A model generated the notes under the pieces. It saw nothing but the letters and a program-made list of their open reading frames with translations. It was not told the DNA's origin and made no database searches. Position numbers and translations under genes: made by a program. A stretch of 63,516 nt of DNA, filler included, from Squatina squatina (taxonomy: Eukaryota): assembly GCA_031763465.1 (NCBI GenBank). It is 4 parts of 4 records of this genome, joined end to end, with 100 filler letters (N's around TTAATTAATTAA, not from the genome) between each part and the next. Parts side by side here need not be neighbours in the genome. Positions count along the whole stretch, not along the records: positions 50,306 to 63,516 come from JARFOE010000036.1; 3 more parts are not named here. The stretch is one strand, 5' to 3'. Of the stretch, positions 50,206-60,146 are shown piece after piece; positions within the stretch are counted from its first letter, which is position 1, and each line of letters starts with the position of its first letter.

Positions 50206-50305
50206 NNNNNNNNNNNNNNNNNNNNNNNNNNNNNNNNNNNNNNNNNNNNTTAATTAATTAANNNNNNNNNNNNNNNNNNNNNNNNNNNNNNNNNNNNNNN
50301 NNNNN
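50206..50305. other. Artificial scaffold linker 44N-TTAATTAATTAA-44N
   Basis: TTAATTAATTAA at 50250-50261; interrupts the neuregulin exon mid-codon. Confidence 0.95.
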
Positions 50306-50526
50306 ACCACACTCAAAGTCTAACTTGCTACAAGCTGTCTAGTATCTGAAAGAGTTAATCACTTTTTAGCTTATCAAATGTGCGTCGGAGATAAGCTTCA
50401 TGACGGATTAAACGCATTGGGTGTTTGTCAAGGATTCCTCAGGCTTGTTATGTGAATATAGGCTGCATAATTGTATAGAGAGGATTGGAGGATTTATAAA
50501 CCTGTAGTGGAGTGCTTTTAAATTGA

Positions 50527-50605
50527 ACTACGATTACCAGCTGACAGATCTGACTAGGTCTGCATGCGTCCGTGATACTGGTGCATGGGCGGTGCGAGTT
50601 GCGCA
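50527..50605 (+). promoter_or_regulatory. Candidate housekeeping-type promoter (ZNF143/SBS-like, NRF1-like, GC box)
   Basis: ACTACGATTACCAG (two mismatches to ACTACAATTCCCAG) at 50527-50540, GCATGCG at 50562-50568, GGGCGG at 50587-50592; locally CpG-rich. Confidence 0.45.
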
Positions 50606-50770
50606 CTCTTGTTGAAGTGGTGAGCAGGAGATGAACGAGCGCCCGTGGAAGACCATGAGGAAGATTTATTGAGCGGCGCGTTGTTGAAGAATTGGGGAGG
50701 ATATCGTGTGCAACCTCCGGTCAGTCTGAAAAAGGCATTGCCTGTGAGCTGTGGCCAGGGTGTCTCAGCA

Positions 50771-50932
50771 ATGAGCCATAGGAGTTCCTGTGGTAAGATG
50801 CTCCAGGATGGTCCACCCACTGATGATGTAAATACACTCAACAGTGTTAGATCTGACGTTGGGACTGACTGCAAGGAGACAATGCTCGAGGAACTGTCCA
50901 GTGCCATGGACAATGATCGCAGATCTGAATTG
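50771..50932 (+). CDS. Candidate first coding exon of an unidentified gene
   Basis: GCAATGA start; MSHRSSCGKMLQDGPPTDDVNTLNSVRSDVGTDCKETMLEELSSAMDNDRRSEL; consensus donor TTG|GTAAGT in phase 0; frame open from 50624; no homolog recognised. Confidence 0.45.
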
Positions 50933-50992
50933 GTAAGTGTCTCAACCTGTATCACTCCTTTCTCAGTTCAATCTGTATCGTGTCTTTCGTAG

Positions 50993-51110
50993 TTAAGAAC
51001 TTAAGAAATAGGAGCAGGGATCAGCCAAACGGCCCCTCAAACCTGCTCCGCCATTCAATAAGATCATGGTTGATCTTGGACCTCAACTCCACTTTCCCAT
51101 CCAATCCTCA
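50993..51110 (-). mobile_element. CR1 3' tail
   Basis: TAAGAAC.TAAGAAATAGGAGCAGG...AACCTGCTCCGCCATTCAATAAGATCATGG. Confidence 0.85.
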
Positions 51111-51309
51111 NNNNNNNNNNNNNNNNNNNNNNNNNNNNNNNNNNNNNNNNNNNNNNNNNNNNNNNNNNNNNNNNNNNNNNNNNNNNNNNNNNNNNNNNNN
51201 NNNNNNNNNNCCTTTAAAGGGGCTGCGCACCCAAACAAAATTACGAGGAACATTGCCTTTAAGTAATAGTCCCTTCCCGGGTTTTTTTTTTGTTGTCCCC
51301 ATGTGAAGC

Positions 51310-51720
51310 ACTTTGCTTTTCTCCAGATTGCATCTCAAACTGCTAACCTGTCTTCGCAAGCACATTCAGTCCCTCCCTTAACTTATCCTGCTCAGCTTTG
51401 ACGTCCACCACCGTCATTAGCTTTGCATCACCTGCAGACTTAGCCATTGTGCTGGCCACTCCTAGCTCCGGAGATATTAAACAAAGTCTATCTGCCGGAG
51501 TCCAGGGAACCCAACGAGAGTCCCCACTTGCAGCACAAAGTTGGAAGGAGTTGTTGGCCGAGAGTTTTCTCGTCCCATGCCCCAGGGATTTTGTACACCC
51601 TGATAGAGTCTCGTATGTTAATTCTGCTTCTAATTCTTTCCCAGTTACAAGCTGTGGTACAATTATCTGAAGCAGCGGCGGAAACAGGTGAAGGGGAAGT
51701 GCATCACGGACCCAGGGTTC
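51310..51720 (-). mobile_element. Old CR1 RT fragment
   Basis: WVPWTPADRLCLISPELGVASTMAKSAGDAKL...DKLREGLNVLAK, a decayed GVPQGS.LGP...ISKFADDTKL...LQ.DL..L segment. Confidence 0.6.
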
Positions 51721-51884
51721 GAGGAAGTTAATAACTGTCATGACCGAGCACTGGTTTTCATGCACAAGGTATGTATTGGCTTCCNNNNNNNNNNNNNNNN
51801 NNNNNNNNNNNNNNNNNNNNNNNNNNNNNNNNNNNNNNNNNNNNNNNNNNNNNNNNNNNNNNNNNNNNNNNNNNNNNNNNNNNN

Positions 51885-52020
51885 AACTTGCAATTATATA
51901 GCCTCCATAATGTAGTAAAACATCCCATGGGTGTATCAAATAGAATTTGACACCGAGCCACACAAGGAGATATTAGAACACATGACCAAAAGCTTCGTCA
52001 GAGGTAGAAGCTTAAAAGGA
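51885..52020 (-). mobile_element. L2 LINE 3' end
   Basis: AACTTGCAATTATATAGCC...TTTGACACCGAGCCACACAAGGAGATATTAG...TGACCAAAAGCTT. Confidence 0.75.
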
Positions 52021-52324
52021 AGAGAAAAACCTTCCTTTATTTCTGACACAGTCAATCAATAGATTCATGAACACGTTAAAAATAAACCCATGCCTGACAC
52101 AAGGATTGGTATGTTTACATATGTATTTCAGCTTTTTTTTCCTTGATGAATATAACTGCACCTAGTTTTTTTTTGTAAGTGTTATTTGTATTGCACACGT
52201 TTCTCTTCTCCAATTCTGGCCACCAGATCGTGTTCACACTGCTCTCCACCCAGTTCCCTCATACTTCTAGCGGAAGAGGCACTAGCGGTAATGCGGAAAA
52301 GGACCAAAGCAAAAGTTCACCAAC

Positions 52325-54117
52325 CTTGAAGAAGAAACCAACAGACCTCTGTTCCGAGTCCATTTGGTCGCTCGTTGAGTCGTCGACGCTCTCTTGTCCG
52401 TCTTCACTGTCGTCAGGGCCTTTCAAGGAAGACAATGGTATCTCTATTAAACTAGTCCTTTTGACAGGGGTGGAATTATCCTTTTTCCCACCATCAGACT
52501 GATCATCTGGCTGTCCACCTGCCTTTTGAGGTACGATTGGTCCTACGGGTCGGAGGTTACCTTCATTTTCAAGGTCAAAGAAAGGATCATCGGGCTCCAC
52601 CACTGAAGGTGCATTCGCCTGGTCTTGCCTTGCAATTGGTCCAACAGGCCTTTNNNNNNNNNNNNNNNNNNNNNNNNNNNNNNNNNNNNNNNNNNNNNNN
52701 NNNNNNNNNNNNNNNNNNNNNNNNNNNNNNNNNNNNNNNNNNNNNNNNNNNNNNNNNNNNNNNNNNNNNNNNNNNNNNNNNNNNNNNNNNNNNNNNNNNN
52801 NNNNNNNNNNNNNNNNNNNNNNNNNNNNNNNNNNNNNNNNNNNNNNNNNNNNNNNNNNNNNNNNNNNNNNNNNNNNNNNNNNNNNNNNNNNNNNNNNNNN
52901 NNNNNNNNNNNNNNNNNNNNNNNNNNNNNNNNNNNNNNNNNNNNNNNNNNNNNNNNNNNNNNNNNNNNNNNNNNNNNNNNNNNNNNNNNNNNNNNNNNNN
53001 NNNNNNNNNNNNNNNNNNNNNNNNNNNNNNNNNNNNNNNNNNNNNNNNNNNNNNNNNNNNNNNNNNNNNNNNNNNNNNNNNNNNNNNNNNNNNNNNNNNN
53101 NNNNNNNNNNNNNNNNNNNNNNNNNNNNNNNNNNNNNNNNNNNNNNNNNNNNNNNNNNNNNNNNNNNNNNNNNNNNNNNNNNNCTTGGTTTTACTTGTTT
53201 TTCTCCATAGTTCTTGCCAAGATTCTCCTCGATGCCTTTTTCTGATATTGGACTCTCTCTCCCCTTAAATTCGGATGGCGTTGGGCTTTCATTTTCATCG
53301 TCATCATCCTCAATTTTCGACAACCTTTCTTCCAGGGATAACTTCCTCTTGTCTTCATCTGCTGTAGCACCACTCTCCGATTCCGCCCCTTCCTCTTTCT
53401 TTTTCAGCTGCAGGAAGGCGCTCTTGCCCAGCCTCTGCCTGTGCTTGGCAAAAATGGCCTCGATTCTCTTCTTCTGCGCCTCGATGGCCCTGCGTTTTTC
53501 CTCCAACCTGATGCCCAGCTGAGTCATCTCAGACGCCAGGGCCTGGTTTCGGCTGGGGCTTTCGTCAGACCTCTGAACCCAGGACGCCATCTGCTGGTCG
53601 TTGAGGTCCGAACTGTCGGGCGTCGTCTTCGGAGAGCTGCCGGGCTTGGAGTCCGCCGGGTTGATTTTCTTCATTTTCCTCTCAGCAAAGCTGGTCATCT
53701 TCACGCCAGAGCCAGAGGAGGCCACACTCTCGGCCTGCGAGCTGATCGAGCTGAGGCAGGACGTGCATTCATCTTTGCTGGTGTAGTCCTTCTCCTGAGC
53801 GGGTCGCGAGGAGTCTTCCACGTCGGAATCCAAACTGTTGTCTCTCAGGACAGAATCGTCATCCCGTGAAAAATTGCCATCTTCCGATGGGACATCTCCA
53901 CTGTTCAGTTGGTCTCCACTGGACGCAAGAACCCCAGACTCTTTCGCTGCGTCCATGGACTTATACGGAGGATTGAGATCAAACTTAGATGGGCTTGCCT
54001 TGGGTTTTATAAACCCTTCAGTCAGATCAGGCCTATGAAGGAAGAAGCCATCTGGCGCTCCTTCAGGGCGAAGCCTGGGTTCAAGTTTATCTGTGCTGTG
54101 GATTATCTTCAGCGCTT
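52325..54117 (-). CDS. CAMSAP3: CAMSAP3 large central exon (CC1 region; partial, internal gap 52654-53183)
   Basis: GVKMTSFAERK...LEEKRRAIEAQKKRIEAIFAKHRQRLGKSAFLQ (CAMSAP3-type CC1), SLIEIPLSSLK; ends GFFFK|GTTGGT at the conserved exon boundary; 5' end lost in the gap at 54118. Confidence 0.92.
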
Positions 54118-55619
54118 NNNNNNNNNNNNNNNNNNNNNNNNNNNNNNNNNNNNNNNNNNNNNNNNNNNNNNNNNNNNNNNNNNNNNNNNNNNNNNNNNNN
54201 NNNNNNNNNNNNNNNNNTTCCTGAGAATAAAATACTTCTGCATTACTGCTGTAAAAAAAAAACATCCAATCATGTTGCACCTGCAATAGCATTCCTTTAA
54301 CACTTCTCAAACTGCTAATGAGTCAACTAACCTGTTGATGTTAAAATGTTTTTTAATCCAGCTGTGGAATTTGTAAAATCTGTGGAAAACATCTGAATGA
54401 TAATTCAGAAAATAACTTTACAAAGGAACTCTGTGAGTGCTCAAACCCATTTAGTGGGCCTGAGAACATCTCTGGGAAATGTATTAAGCAAGCATGTGTA
54501 TCACAGTACACTTAAAACATTTTTTTATCAACAAGCACATGCTGAATATATTGCTAAATGCATGTTTATTGATGTAATGTAACACACTTGTAACAAGCAA
54601 TGCAGTACAGTGATATGCCTTCAAGTACAATTGATATGTCATTATCTGGAATATGAGTATGTATATTTTGTCGAGGGGTTTTGTGATCCACTGTGGTTGA
54701 AGCCAGGGTTTATGATTTTGGAGTGTATGAAATGCTTAAGGTACAGTTGAATGTTGACTGTCACATTTTGAGTTTACATGTGTTCCTTTTGATGGAGGTT
54801 GAAATAAAGGGATATGCTCCAGAGAACCTCACTAGGCTGCAACCTTTCACTTTTATCGTGTTTTCACAAATATTTACTGGAGACATGCATCGCACAGCTC
54901 GAAAGTTCAACTAGCTGTGTGACAATGAGAAATAAGTTTTAAAATACAATGTGTAAAATTTCAAATAAATGTGGTTCATTAATTTAGATTTGAAAATACA
55001 ATATACAAGCATCTCACTGGTGAATAAGACTCTGGGTGTTGATGGTACAATAGTTGGCAGGACTGACAGACTAATAGGAAAATAATTCTCTTTCCTATAG
55101 CTCTCAACATTATCACAATGAAGATCTCAAATGTATGTGAAAATTAGAGTTTGAGTAGCAACCAGTGATACTCTCAGCTATAGTCAGATCGCATCTGTTC
55201 ACTGTCATTACAATGGAAATACATGTTCATTTTTTACTAAGCATACTTAAACCTTGGTTCAATATATTAAATAGAATTATGTGTAACAAAAAGAAATCCT
55301 GTAGAAGTGAAATTTAAAATGAAATCAGCAAAGGAAGTTCTTCTTCATTGATGGTGTATTACCCATTCACTAAATGAAAGACTATTATGTTCTTCTGAGC
55401 CATAGGTTGTTCACTCTCACTGCTATAATAGCTTGCATATCATTTATTTTTTTAAACAATTTGATGTTTGCATAATTACTCTTTTAATTTGCATACTCTT
55501 TTAGAAATGGCTAACGACAACTAAAGGGAATAAATACAAATATAATGTCATCAAAGCTGTCACTTCCTCCTCTCTCTCCTTCCACTTGACTGCATCTTTT
55601 CTTACTTTAAGTCTCATTT

Positions 55620-56190
55620 GGGTAGAGTTTCGTGAGGTTGCGCTGGTTTGTTCAGCGCAATTCACCTGTGCAAACGATTGCGGAATTTCAGATGCAAATT
55701 ACGTCCAGTGCAGATCATGTTTTCACGATCTTTTGCGCGAGTGTAAAAAACATCGCGCGAGAAGGCACAAACCTGGCCACGCCCCTCGGATGAATTCATC
55801 ACTTAAAGGCCTTCGAGGAGGCTCTTAAAATTAAACTGGTTCTTTTAAGCACAAAGACACTAATAGGCATGTTTTATACGCTTTTGAAAATCATTTTTTC
55901 AATTTACTAAGAAACTGTACACAAATACAACAAGCAAATGGCTCTTTATAGTTTTTTAAAGTCATTGTCAGAGATTTAAAATCGGGTTACTCACAGGTGG
56001 TGGACTAGACACTGATTAAAAATGTTTATTTTTTGTGTTAAACCTGTTTTCAGCTGTATTAGTCAAACTGTACCAAGTTACTACTCTTGAAAACTCTCAA
56101 GGAATATTTTTTTAAAGCATCTTGGGGCAAAAAAAAACTTCACAAAACTAGCGCAATTCTGGACGCAGTTTGTGGCCGGATCGATAGTTT
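55620..56190. mobile_element. Putative Harbinger-like non-autonomous element
   Basis: Starts GGGTAGAGTTTCG; CpG-rich ends around an AT-rich core; CACTTAAAGG motif like other copies. Confidence 0.45.
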
Positions 56191-56199
56191 GACATTTTG

Positions 56200-56450
56200 T
56201 AGGGTTGCCAACCCTCCAGGATTGCCGAAGTCTCCAGGAATTAAAGATTAATCTTCTGGGCACTGCTGCAAGCAAAACTAGGGGGAGAAAAATCAATGCT
56301 GCAGCCCATATTGATTTGTAAGTAAATGAGAACACAGAGGAATAGGAAACAACTATTAAATCTCTTCATAAATGAGCTCCCACACACTAGAGCCACTTTC
56401 ACCAAGACTTGGAGGGAGCTTTCAATCAAAGTTTCATGTCATGGCAACTA
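56200..56450 (+). mobile_element. hAT (Blackjack-type) non-autonomous element, putative
   Basis: Left end TAGGGTTGCCAACCCTCCAGGA; degenerate right end TGGCAACTA. Confidence 0.6.
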
Positions 56451-56873
56451 TTATATTTGCGCCCAAGTGCTCCGCACCTTATACCAACACATTTGCCGTT
56501 TTCAGTCCAGTAGTGTGGCCAAGGCAGCTGAATTTAAACTCGATAATTTATTCATCAGGCAATCGCAACACAGGGACAGAGACATTGTTGCATGGGGACA
56601 GCTTCCAGTTCAGCAGCAATGTGTCCTTTCCCCATGGTCAGACACGCAGCCATGGTTCATTCACGAAGGATGTCCACTTGGACAAAGGAACACAGGTGTC
56701 TTCAGGAAACAATAGGGGCAAAACCCCTCTGGGCAGTGGGGTGGAGAGCTTTCAAAGAAAATAATCAGGACCTCTATAGCAGGCACAACCATCACCACAA
56801 GGGACACAAACCCAAGAATCGCTGCCCCAGCCCGATGGAGCAAGTGGCGCGCATCCACGCATTTAAACCTTAC

Positions 56874-57133
56874 CATTTTGATGGGCTTCTTCCGGAGGTC
56901 GGCCTCGGTGACCGGGGCCTCCTGCTCCTTGACCTGGAGTCCTCTCTGCGACAGAGCCTGGAGGACGGCCCCGTTGTCCTGTGGCGTGCCGAGATCATCG
57001 TGCGGCAGCGTCTGACCGCACACCCGACAGTAGACGTCCGAGGAAAGCAGCAGGCGGATGACCGGTGGCTTGATGTGTTCCTGGTCATACTGGTCAGTGT
57101 AAAACGGCTCCCTCAGCTCGTCCGGAACATTCT
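56874..57133 (-). CDS. CAMSAP3: CAMSAP3 exon (second coding exon)
   Basis: Acceptor TTTGCAG|AG, then (E)NVPDELREPFYTDQYDQEHIKPPVIRLLLSSDVYCRV...EADLRKKPIKM|GTAAGG; 260 nt with consistent phases; PFYTDQY.QEH.KPP is a CAMSAP signature. Confidence 0.93.
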
Positions 57134-57195
57134 CTGCAAAGAACCGGGGACACAAAACAACATGAGCCCTGCAATCGCCAACCTTCAACTTCCGA

Positions 57196-57545
57196 GAGAG
57201 GAGCTGATTAGAGCTGTTCAAAATCATGAGGGGTCTGGACAGAGTAGATGGAGAGAAACTGTTCCCATTGGCGGAAGGGTCTAGAATCAGAGGACACAGA
57301 TTTAAAAGGTGATTGGCAAAAGAACCAAAAAAGGTGACGCAACAAAAAACCTTTGACACAGTGAGTGGTTAGGATCTGGAATGCACTGCCTAGCAGATTG
57401 GTGGAGGCAGACTCAATCGTGGCTTTCAAAAGGGAATTGGATGAAAAAAATTTGCAGGGCTATGGGGAAAGGGACGAGGTGAGAGTTGGCACGGGCTCGA
57501 TGGGCCGAATGGCCGCCTTCCGTGCTGCAATCATTCTAGGATTCC
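57196..57545 (+). mobile_element. CR1 3' end in CAMSAP3 intron (antisense to the gene)
   Basis: ELFKIMRGLDRVDGEKLFPLAEGSRIRGHRFK...VVRIWNALPSRLVEADSIVAFKRELD, plus GGGCCGAATGGCC stem and ATTCTAGGATTC tail. Confidence 0.9.
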
Positions 57546-57659
57546 TTTCAATGAAGACACTATTTTAAGATGGAAGCGTCACCCTTTTATAAAGCTCCAC
57601 TTTCTCAAAAGTGCGTCTCTAATTTTTTTTTTACAAATTAAATCTTTGTTGCATTAGAT

Positions 57660-57927
57660 TTGGCTCAGTAGGCAGCTCTCTCGCCTCAGAGTCAGAAGGT
57701 TGTGGGTTCAAGTCCCACTCCAGACACTGGAGCACAAAATCTAGGCCGACACTCCCAGCACAGTGCTGAGGGAGTGCTGCACTGTCGGAGATGCCGTCTT
57801 TCGGAAGAGATGTCTGCCCTCTCAGGTGGACGTAAAAGATCCCATGGCACTATTTCAAAGAAGAGCAGGTGGGGGGCGGGGGGGGAAATCACTGGTGTCC
57901 TGGGGCTAATATTTATCCCTCAACCAA
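57660..57927 (+). mobile_element. SacSINE1-like Deu-SINE (head plus Deu core)
   Basis: TGGCTCAGTAGG...GGGTTCAAGTCCCA (A/B boxes), CCCTCTCAGGTGGACGTAAAAGATCCCATGGCACTATT. Confidence 0.9.
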
Positions 57928-58027
57928 NNNNNNNNNNNNNNNNNNNNNNNNNNNNNNNNNNNNNNNNNNNNNNNNNNNNNNNNNNNNNNNNNNNNNNNNN
58001 NNNNNNNNNNNNNNNNNNNNNNNNNNN

Positions 58028-58130
58028 GTATCAGCCTGGATTTTTGCGGTCAAGTATCTGGAGTGGGAGTTGAACCCACAACCTTCCGACTTGGATGCAA
58101 GATTACTACCAGCTGAGCCATGGCTCACAC
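58028..58130 (-). mobile_element. SacSINE1-like SINE head
   Basis: Reverse complement reads GGCTCAGCTGGTAG...GAAGGTTGTGGGTTCAACTCCCACTCCAGA. Confidence 0.8.
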
Positions 58131-58581
58131 TTGTACGTGCGAGATCTCTACCTTTCTGGAGAGTTGCTGAGCTTAGATGAGGTACATGGAATTTCACAGA
58201 AATGGGTCATTCGGCCCAACTGGCCAGTGTTTGTGTTTCATTCGAAGTAGTTTCAATGAGAGTCTCGGGAAGGGAAAGGCAAGAGGGCTCGTCTAACTGC
58301 TACACTTCCTCATACATCCCAGCAGCTAAGTGTTAGAGGAAGATGGCCTGTTCCTAAAGACTGCTGCAGAGGTTTTTAAGCAGTGCTGAGTTAAATGACA
58401 GGGAGGGTCTTCACAAAGAGCTGCTTTACTTGCTCTGGCTCCATGTCAGAAGATTTCACGATCATCCTCGAGAGCCCTGACCTCAACGTTGGCTCACCGA
58501 GTTCTGACCTTGCCATATTGGCAGCCGCCAGATTCTCATCGTTGTGAGCTTCATTCAAATAAAATGTCGTTCTCTTTGCAG

Positions 58582-58672
58582 GACCGTGGCAGCTGAAGTC
58601 AGGAAGCAAGTGTCCAGCCAATATAGTGGCTCACCGCAGCTGTCCAAGAAACGCAGCGGCTCCCATCAGTTG
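58582..58672 (+). CDS. DOCK6: DOCK6 exon 2
   Basis: Acceptor TTTGCAG|G, (R)TVAAEVRKQVSSQYSGSPQLSKKRSGSHQL, donor |GTGAGT; 91 nt. Confidence 0.9.
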
Positions 58673-59149
58673 GTGAGTACAAAGCTGTTCCAACATAACC
58701 CTGTGAGTCTGACACACAGGCTGCACCAGACTGTTGCTGAGGAGAAAGAGAAAAAAAAAGCTAGAGTCGGCTCCTTCAACCTAAAGAGCTGTGGCAGTGG
58801 GAAAATGAAACAAACACAGGGCTACCCTTCGAGTAGCACCAGCTAGATTGAACTTGAGATAAGGTCCCTCCAACATAACCTTGCTGCATATTCAATTGCG
58901 TGCATGCACTGGGTTGAGAGGGGTAAATAGCAAGAGTGTCTCCTACAGTTCACTTGTGTGCACCAGTACATTTATAGCACAGGGATAGTCTAAATACAGG
59001 GCTTAACTAAGAGAGCGATTTGAACTTAGTTTGCCGTCCAACAGTTTTTGCATGCAGTTGGCTTTGCGTACTTATACTCTCTCGCTCCTCCCGTGTTGTT
59101 TTCCCTTCATGCCTAGGTTTTCACAGACCCTTCCAAGTCTGTTTACTTG

Positions 59150-59360
59150 TCTGAGTAAGATTGCCGGTTAGAGCTGAATGAGGGACAGTTTTGACCTGCA
59201 GCCCCATACCCACTAGGATTAAGCCTGCCCAAACTCATTTCCCATAAGAGCCTCAGTGCTAGCGCGCAGAGGAGACTTTTTGTCCCATCAGTTTGTGTTG
59301 GGTTTGACTCCAGGTCCCAGAGGTGAAAGGCCAGTGTCCAACCCATTGTACCCCGCAGCT
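59150..59360 (-). mobile_element. LF-SINE-like element, 5' part
   Basis: Reverse complement GGCCTTTCACCTCTGGGACCTGGAGTCAAACCCA...TATGGGAAATGAGTTTGG...TCCTAGTGG resembles LF-SINE GCCTTTCACCTCTAGG...TATGTGAAATGAGTTGG...TTCCTAGTGG. Confidence 0.6.
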
Positions 59361-59519
59361 CCCTGCTGCTATTTTATTGCCTTCATTGCTCAGTTTGTTT
59401 TNNNNNNNNNNNNNNNNNNNNNNNNNNNNNNNNNNNNNNNNNNNNNNNNNNNNNNNNNNNNNNNNNNNNNNNNNNNNNNNNNNNNNNNNNNNNNNNNNNN
59501 NTAGAGTAGGTTAGATGAA

Positions 59520-59755
59520 GATTAAATCTCCGTGAAATTCAGCAATATGCCTCAAACCCAGTGTCAGAAGAATGGTCAATACTATTTGTCCCGTTCCCAA
59601 GCCACTCTGGCCTTCCAGAGTGAGTTTGCCAGGTTGGTACCATTTGGTGCTGAACTCTGAGACTGCACCCTCTCAAAACTGGATTGAGACTGCATGGGAG
59701 AAAGGATTTCATCTCATCTCTTTGGCCTGCACTTGATCACAGACCCCAGAGCTGC
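59520..59755 (-). mobile_element. LF-SINE-like element, degenerate
   Basis: Reverse complement contains CAGTCTCAATCCAGTT, CAGCACCAAATGGTACC, GGCAAACTCAC..GGAAGGCCA and GGGTTTGAGGCATATTG in LF-SINE order. Confidence 0.5.
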
Positions 59756-60079
59756 CTGGATGGTGCATTTCCCAGGTCCTGTACATACTTGAATTCACTA
59801 TTAACATACTTAATAACATGGTCAGATGAGAATGTGTTTGATCCTTTATGAAAGAATATTGTGCTGTGATTGTCCTGTTTGTGCAGGGTAACCATGTTGT
59901 GCTTCAGTTTCTTGCCAGTCTGTGCTAAAGTTTGATTGGGTTTTTGTTCATTTACCAGACTTTCACTGTTAACTAACAGATACACCCGAACGTTAATTCA
60001 ACAGGGTTGCAGACAGTAGCAAAAGGTGCATTACCTGTCTCCGACTGACTGATCTCTGTTTTCTGCTCTTTCATCAAAG

Positions 60080-60146
60080 GTTTGAAATTGAAATTGAGCC
60101 TATATTTGGGGTTCTTGCCCTGTATGATGTGAAGGAAAAGAAGAAG
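60080..60146 (+). CDS. DOCK6: DOCK6 exon
   Basis: Acceptor AAG|G, (K)[22 protein letters not shown], donor |GTAAGT; 67 nt. Confidence 0.93.

Noticed and set aside
54218-54310. N-terminal MRSVKGMLL... part of the 683-aa ORF
   Set aside because: Separate contig beyond a 100-N gap; AT-rich intronic sequence, not CAMSAP-like
56592-57359. 230-aa plus-strand ORF and the extensions of the 232-aa minus-strand ORF
   Set aside because: Antisense shadow of the CAMSAP3 exon plus read-through into intron and CR1; the true exon is bounded by splice sites at 57133 and 56874
3846-57545. Recurring dispersed repeats as a CRISPR-like array
   Set aside because: Irregular spacing, both orientations, no unique-spacer periodicity; explained by CR1/SINE copies
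58391-58621. Minus-strand 76-aa ORF (MIVKSSDMEPEQVKQL, faintly dynein-light-chain-like)
   Set aside because: Similarity is limited to a few residues and it overlaps the DOCK6 acceptor antisense; likely chance
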